Source of the DNA: the human T2T-CHM13v2.0 reference genome, Homo sapiens
Direction: 5' to 3' (one strand)
DNA: 64,000 nucleotides
NCBI RefSeq assembly: GCF_009914755.1
Contig: NC_060941.1
Shown here: positions 59,701 through 64,000 of the stretch, one piece after another
Position numbering within the stretch: the stretch's first letter is position 1
How the letters are laid out: every line of letters begins with the position of its first letter
Position numbers and translations under genes: made by a program
The notes under the pieces: generated by a model
What the model saw: only the letters and a program-made list of their open reading frames with translations
Told to the model about the DNA's origin: nothing
Databases searched by the model: none

Positions 59701-60186
59701 GGAATAGCTACTCCTGGTCAGATGCCCTCATGAGCTCAACTCCGCGGGATGGGGACACCGGGCCCTGCTTAGGGGAAAGGAAGGGGGTTTGTAGAGGAAG
59801 CCCAGCCAGCCAAGCAACCAGAGATGGGAAAAACCTATTGGGAAGAACTTGCTTGCTCTAGCTGGGCTTTGCAAAGAACAGGAAAAGATGAGTCTGCACA
59901 GACAGAAATGGTCTAGAATGGCTGAATGTTTCATGTAGAAATTTTATTTTATGATTAATACACTCGTGCCATTTCTTGGAACCACTTGCTTGTTTAATTC
60001 TAGTCTATCAAGTGATAATTTTGTTGATATTTAGAGGCTCCTCAGTTAATTTCTGTGGGATTTTTGGTTATATTTAATAAGGAAAATAATATGAAATGTC
60101 TAAGAAAAAAAGAAACAAAGTCAACTATTCCTGAGAATGTTTAAATTTATTGAAGTACACTTGTTAATTGTTAGTATAGAACCTAC

Positions 60187-60293
60187 ATTTCATGATAGAA
60201 AACCTTGGACTTGCCAGTTGTAGCTGCTGGAATGAGGTGTTTGTCCAGTACATCCAGAACGTCGCCACAGATTAACTTTAGCTCAGTCTCAAC
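60187..60293 (-). pseudogene. YWHAE (14-3-3 epsilon) exon-3 paralogous remnant, unprocessed (YWHAEP7-like duplicon)
   Basis: TTTTCAG|GTTGAGACTGAG...CATGAAAT|GTAGGT, 107 nt. Translates [36 protein letters not shown] versus [41 protein letters not shown]. Both splice sites are intact. Confidence 0.92.
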
Positions 60294-60863
60294 CTGAAAA
60301 AATAAAAATAAATTTAAAAAATCAGATCGTTGAAGTCTAGAAATTCTGTAAATTATTACACATTCTATCTACCTCTGGTTTTGAGGAAGAGAGCTTAGTG
60401 TTACAGAGAATTCATTTCCCTCTCCAAACTCCCTTCCTCCCTTTTGACACAAAAGCAGAGAAAAGCTGCCTGTCGGTTATCAAAAGTATCTTTTCCTTCC
60501 TGCCTGCAATTAAGTGCTACACACACACCACCCCCCACCCCAATACCCCCTCACAGTCCAACTGCAGAATCACCAATGACTGAAACTAAACACTGATGCT
60601 ACTTGGTAAACGCTGGTCAATTACATGAATCTTTCACAAAGTAGCAACTATTGTGTCCATTTACTGGGGAAAACAGAAGCTAAGACATTTGCTCAAAGGT
60701 CATCCCCTTAAAAGAACGTAATAAGCAGAGCTAGGATTTGAAACCAGGCAGGGTGCAAGGGACAGAACAAAATTCAAACCCAGGCAGTTTGCCTTCAGTA
60801 CTTACATTCCTAACAAGGTTCAACAGGCAATGCCTTTAGTGGAAGAGACCAAAAACTAGTTAA

Positions 60864-63885
<3,022 letters not shown>

Positions 63886-64000
63886 GTATTAGATATTTTT
63901 AAGTCAGTTTCCTAAGACAATTAAATATTTCAGGTAGTTGGGACTTTTCTTTTTTTGGTTTGTTTTATTTTGCTTAATTTAACCATTTTAAATATGATTC

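Overview
Human (hominoid) genomic DNA from a TBC1D3 segmental-duplication block, most likely 17q12. The only intact protein-coding gene is a complete TBC1D3 paralog on the + strand: a non-coding exon ending at 37550, 13 coding exons spanning 38980-48036 that I spliced by hand to 1650 nt (549 aa + stop), and AATAAA at 48328. The window is a mosaic of three parts. (1) 1-~32400 is an Alu/old-L1-saturated block containing a MER41B solo LTR with intact tandem GAS motifs, a U6 pseudogene and young AluY copies. (2) ~32400-~54000 is the GC-rich TBC1D3 core. About 2 kb upstream of the TBC1D3 first exon, on the opposite strand, it carries a decayed copy of the last two exons of TNFRSF13B (TACI), including the 3'UTR. 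(3) ~56000-64000 contains an unprocessed YWHAE (14-3-3 epsilon) exon-3 remnant on the - strand. Nearly all other ORFs in the track are Alu, L1 or microsatellite artefacts. I found no clearly new biological system. The best leads are the TACI remnant next to the promoter, alternative 3' splice routes of TBC1D3, the STAT-site LTR, and a tiny retrocopy of a MER41-terminated transcript. Family and gene identifications rest on my recall of consensus sequences, not on database searches.
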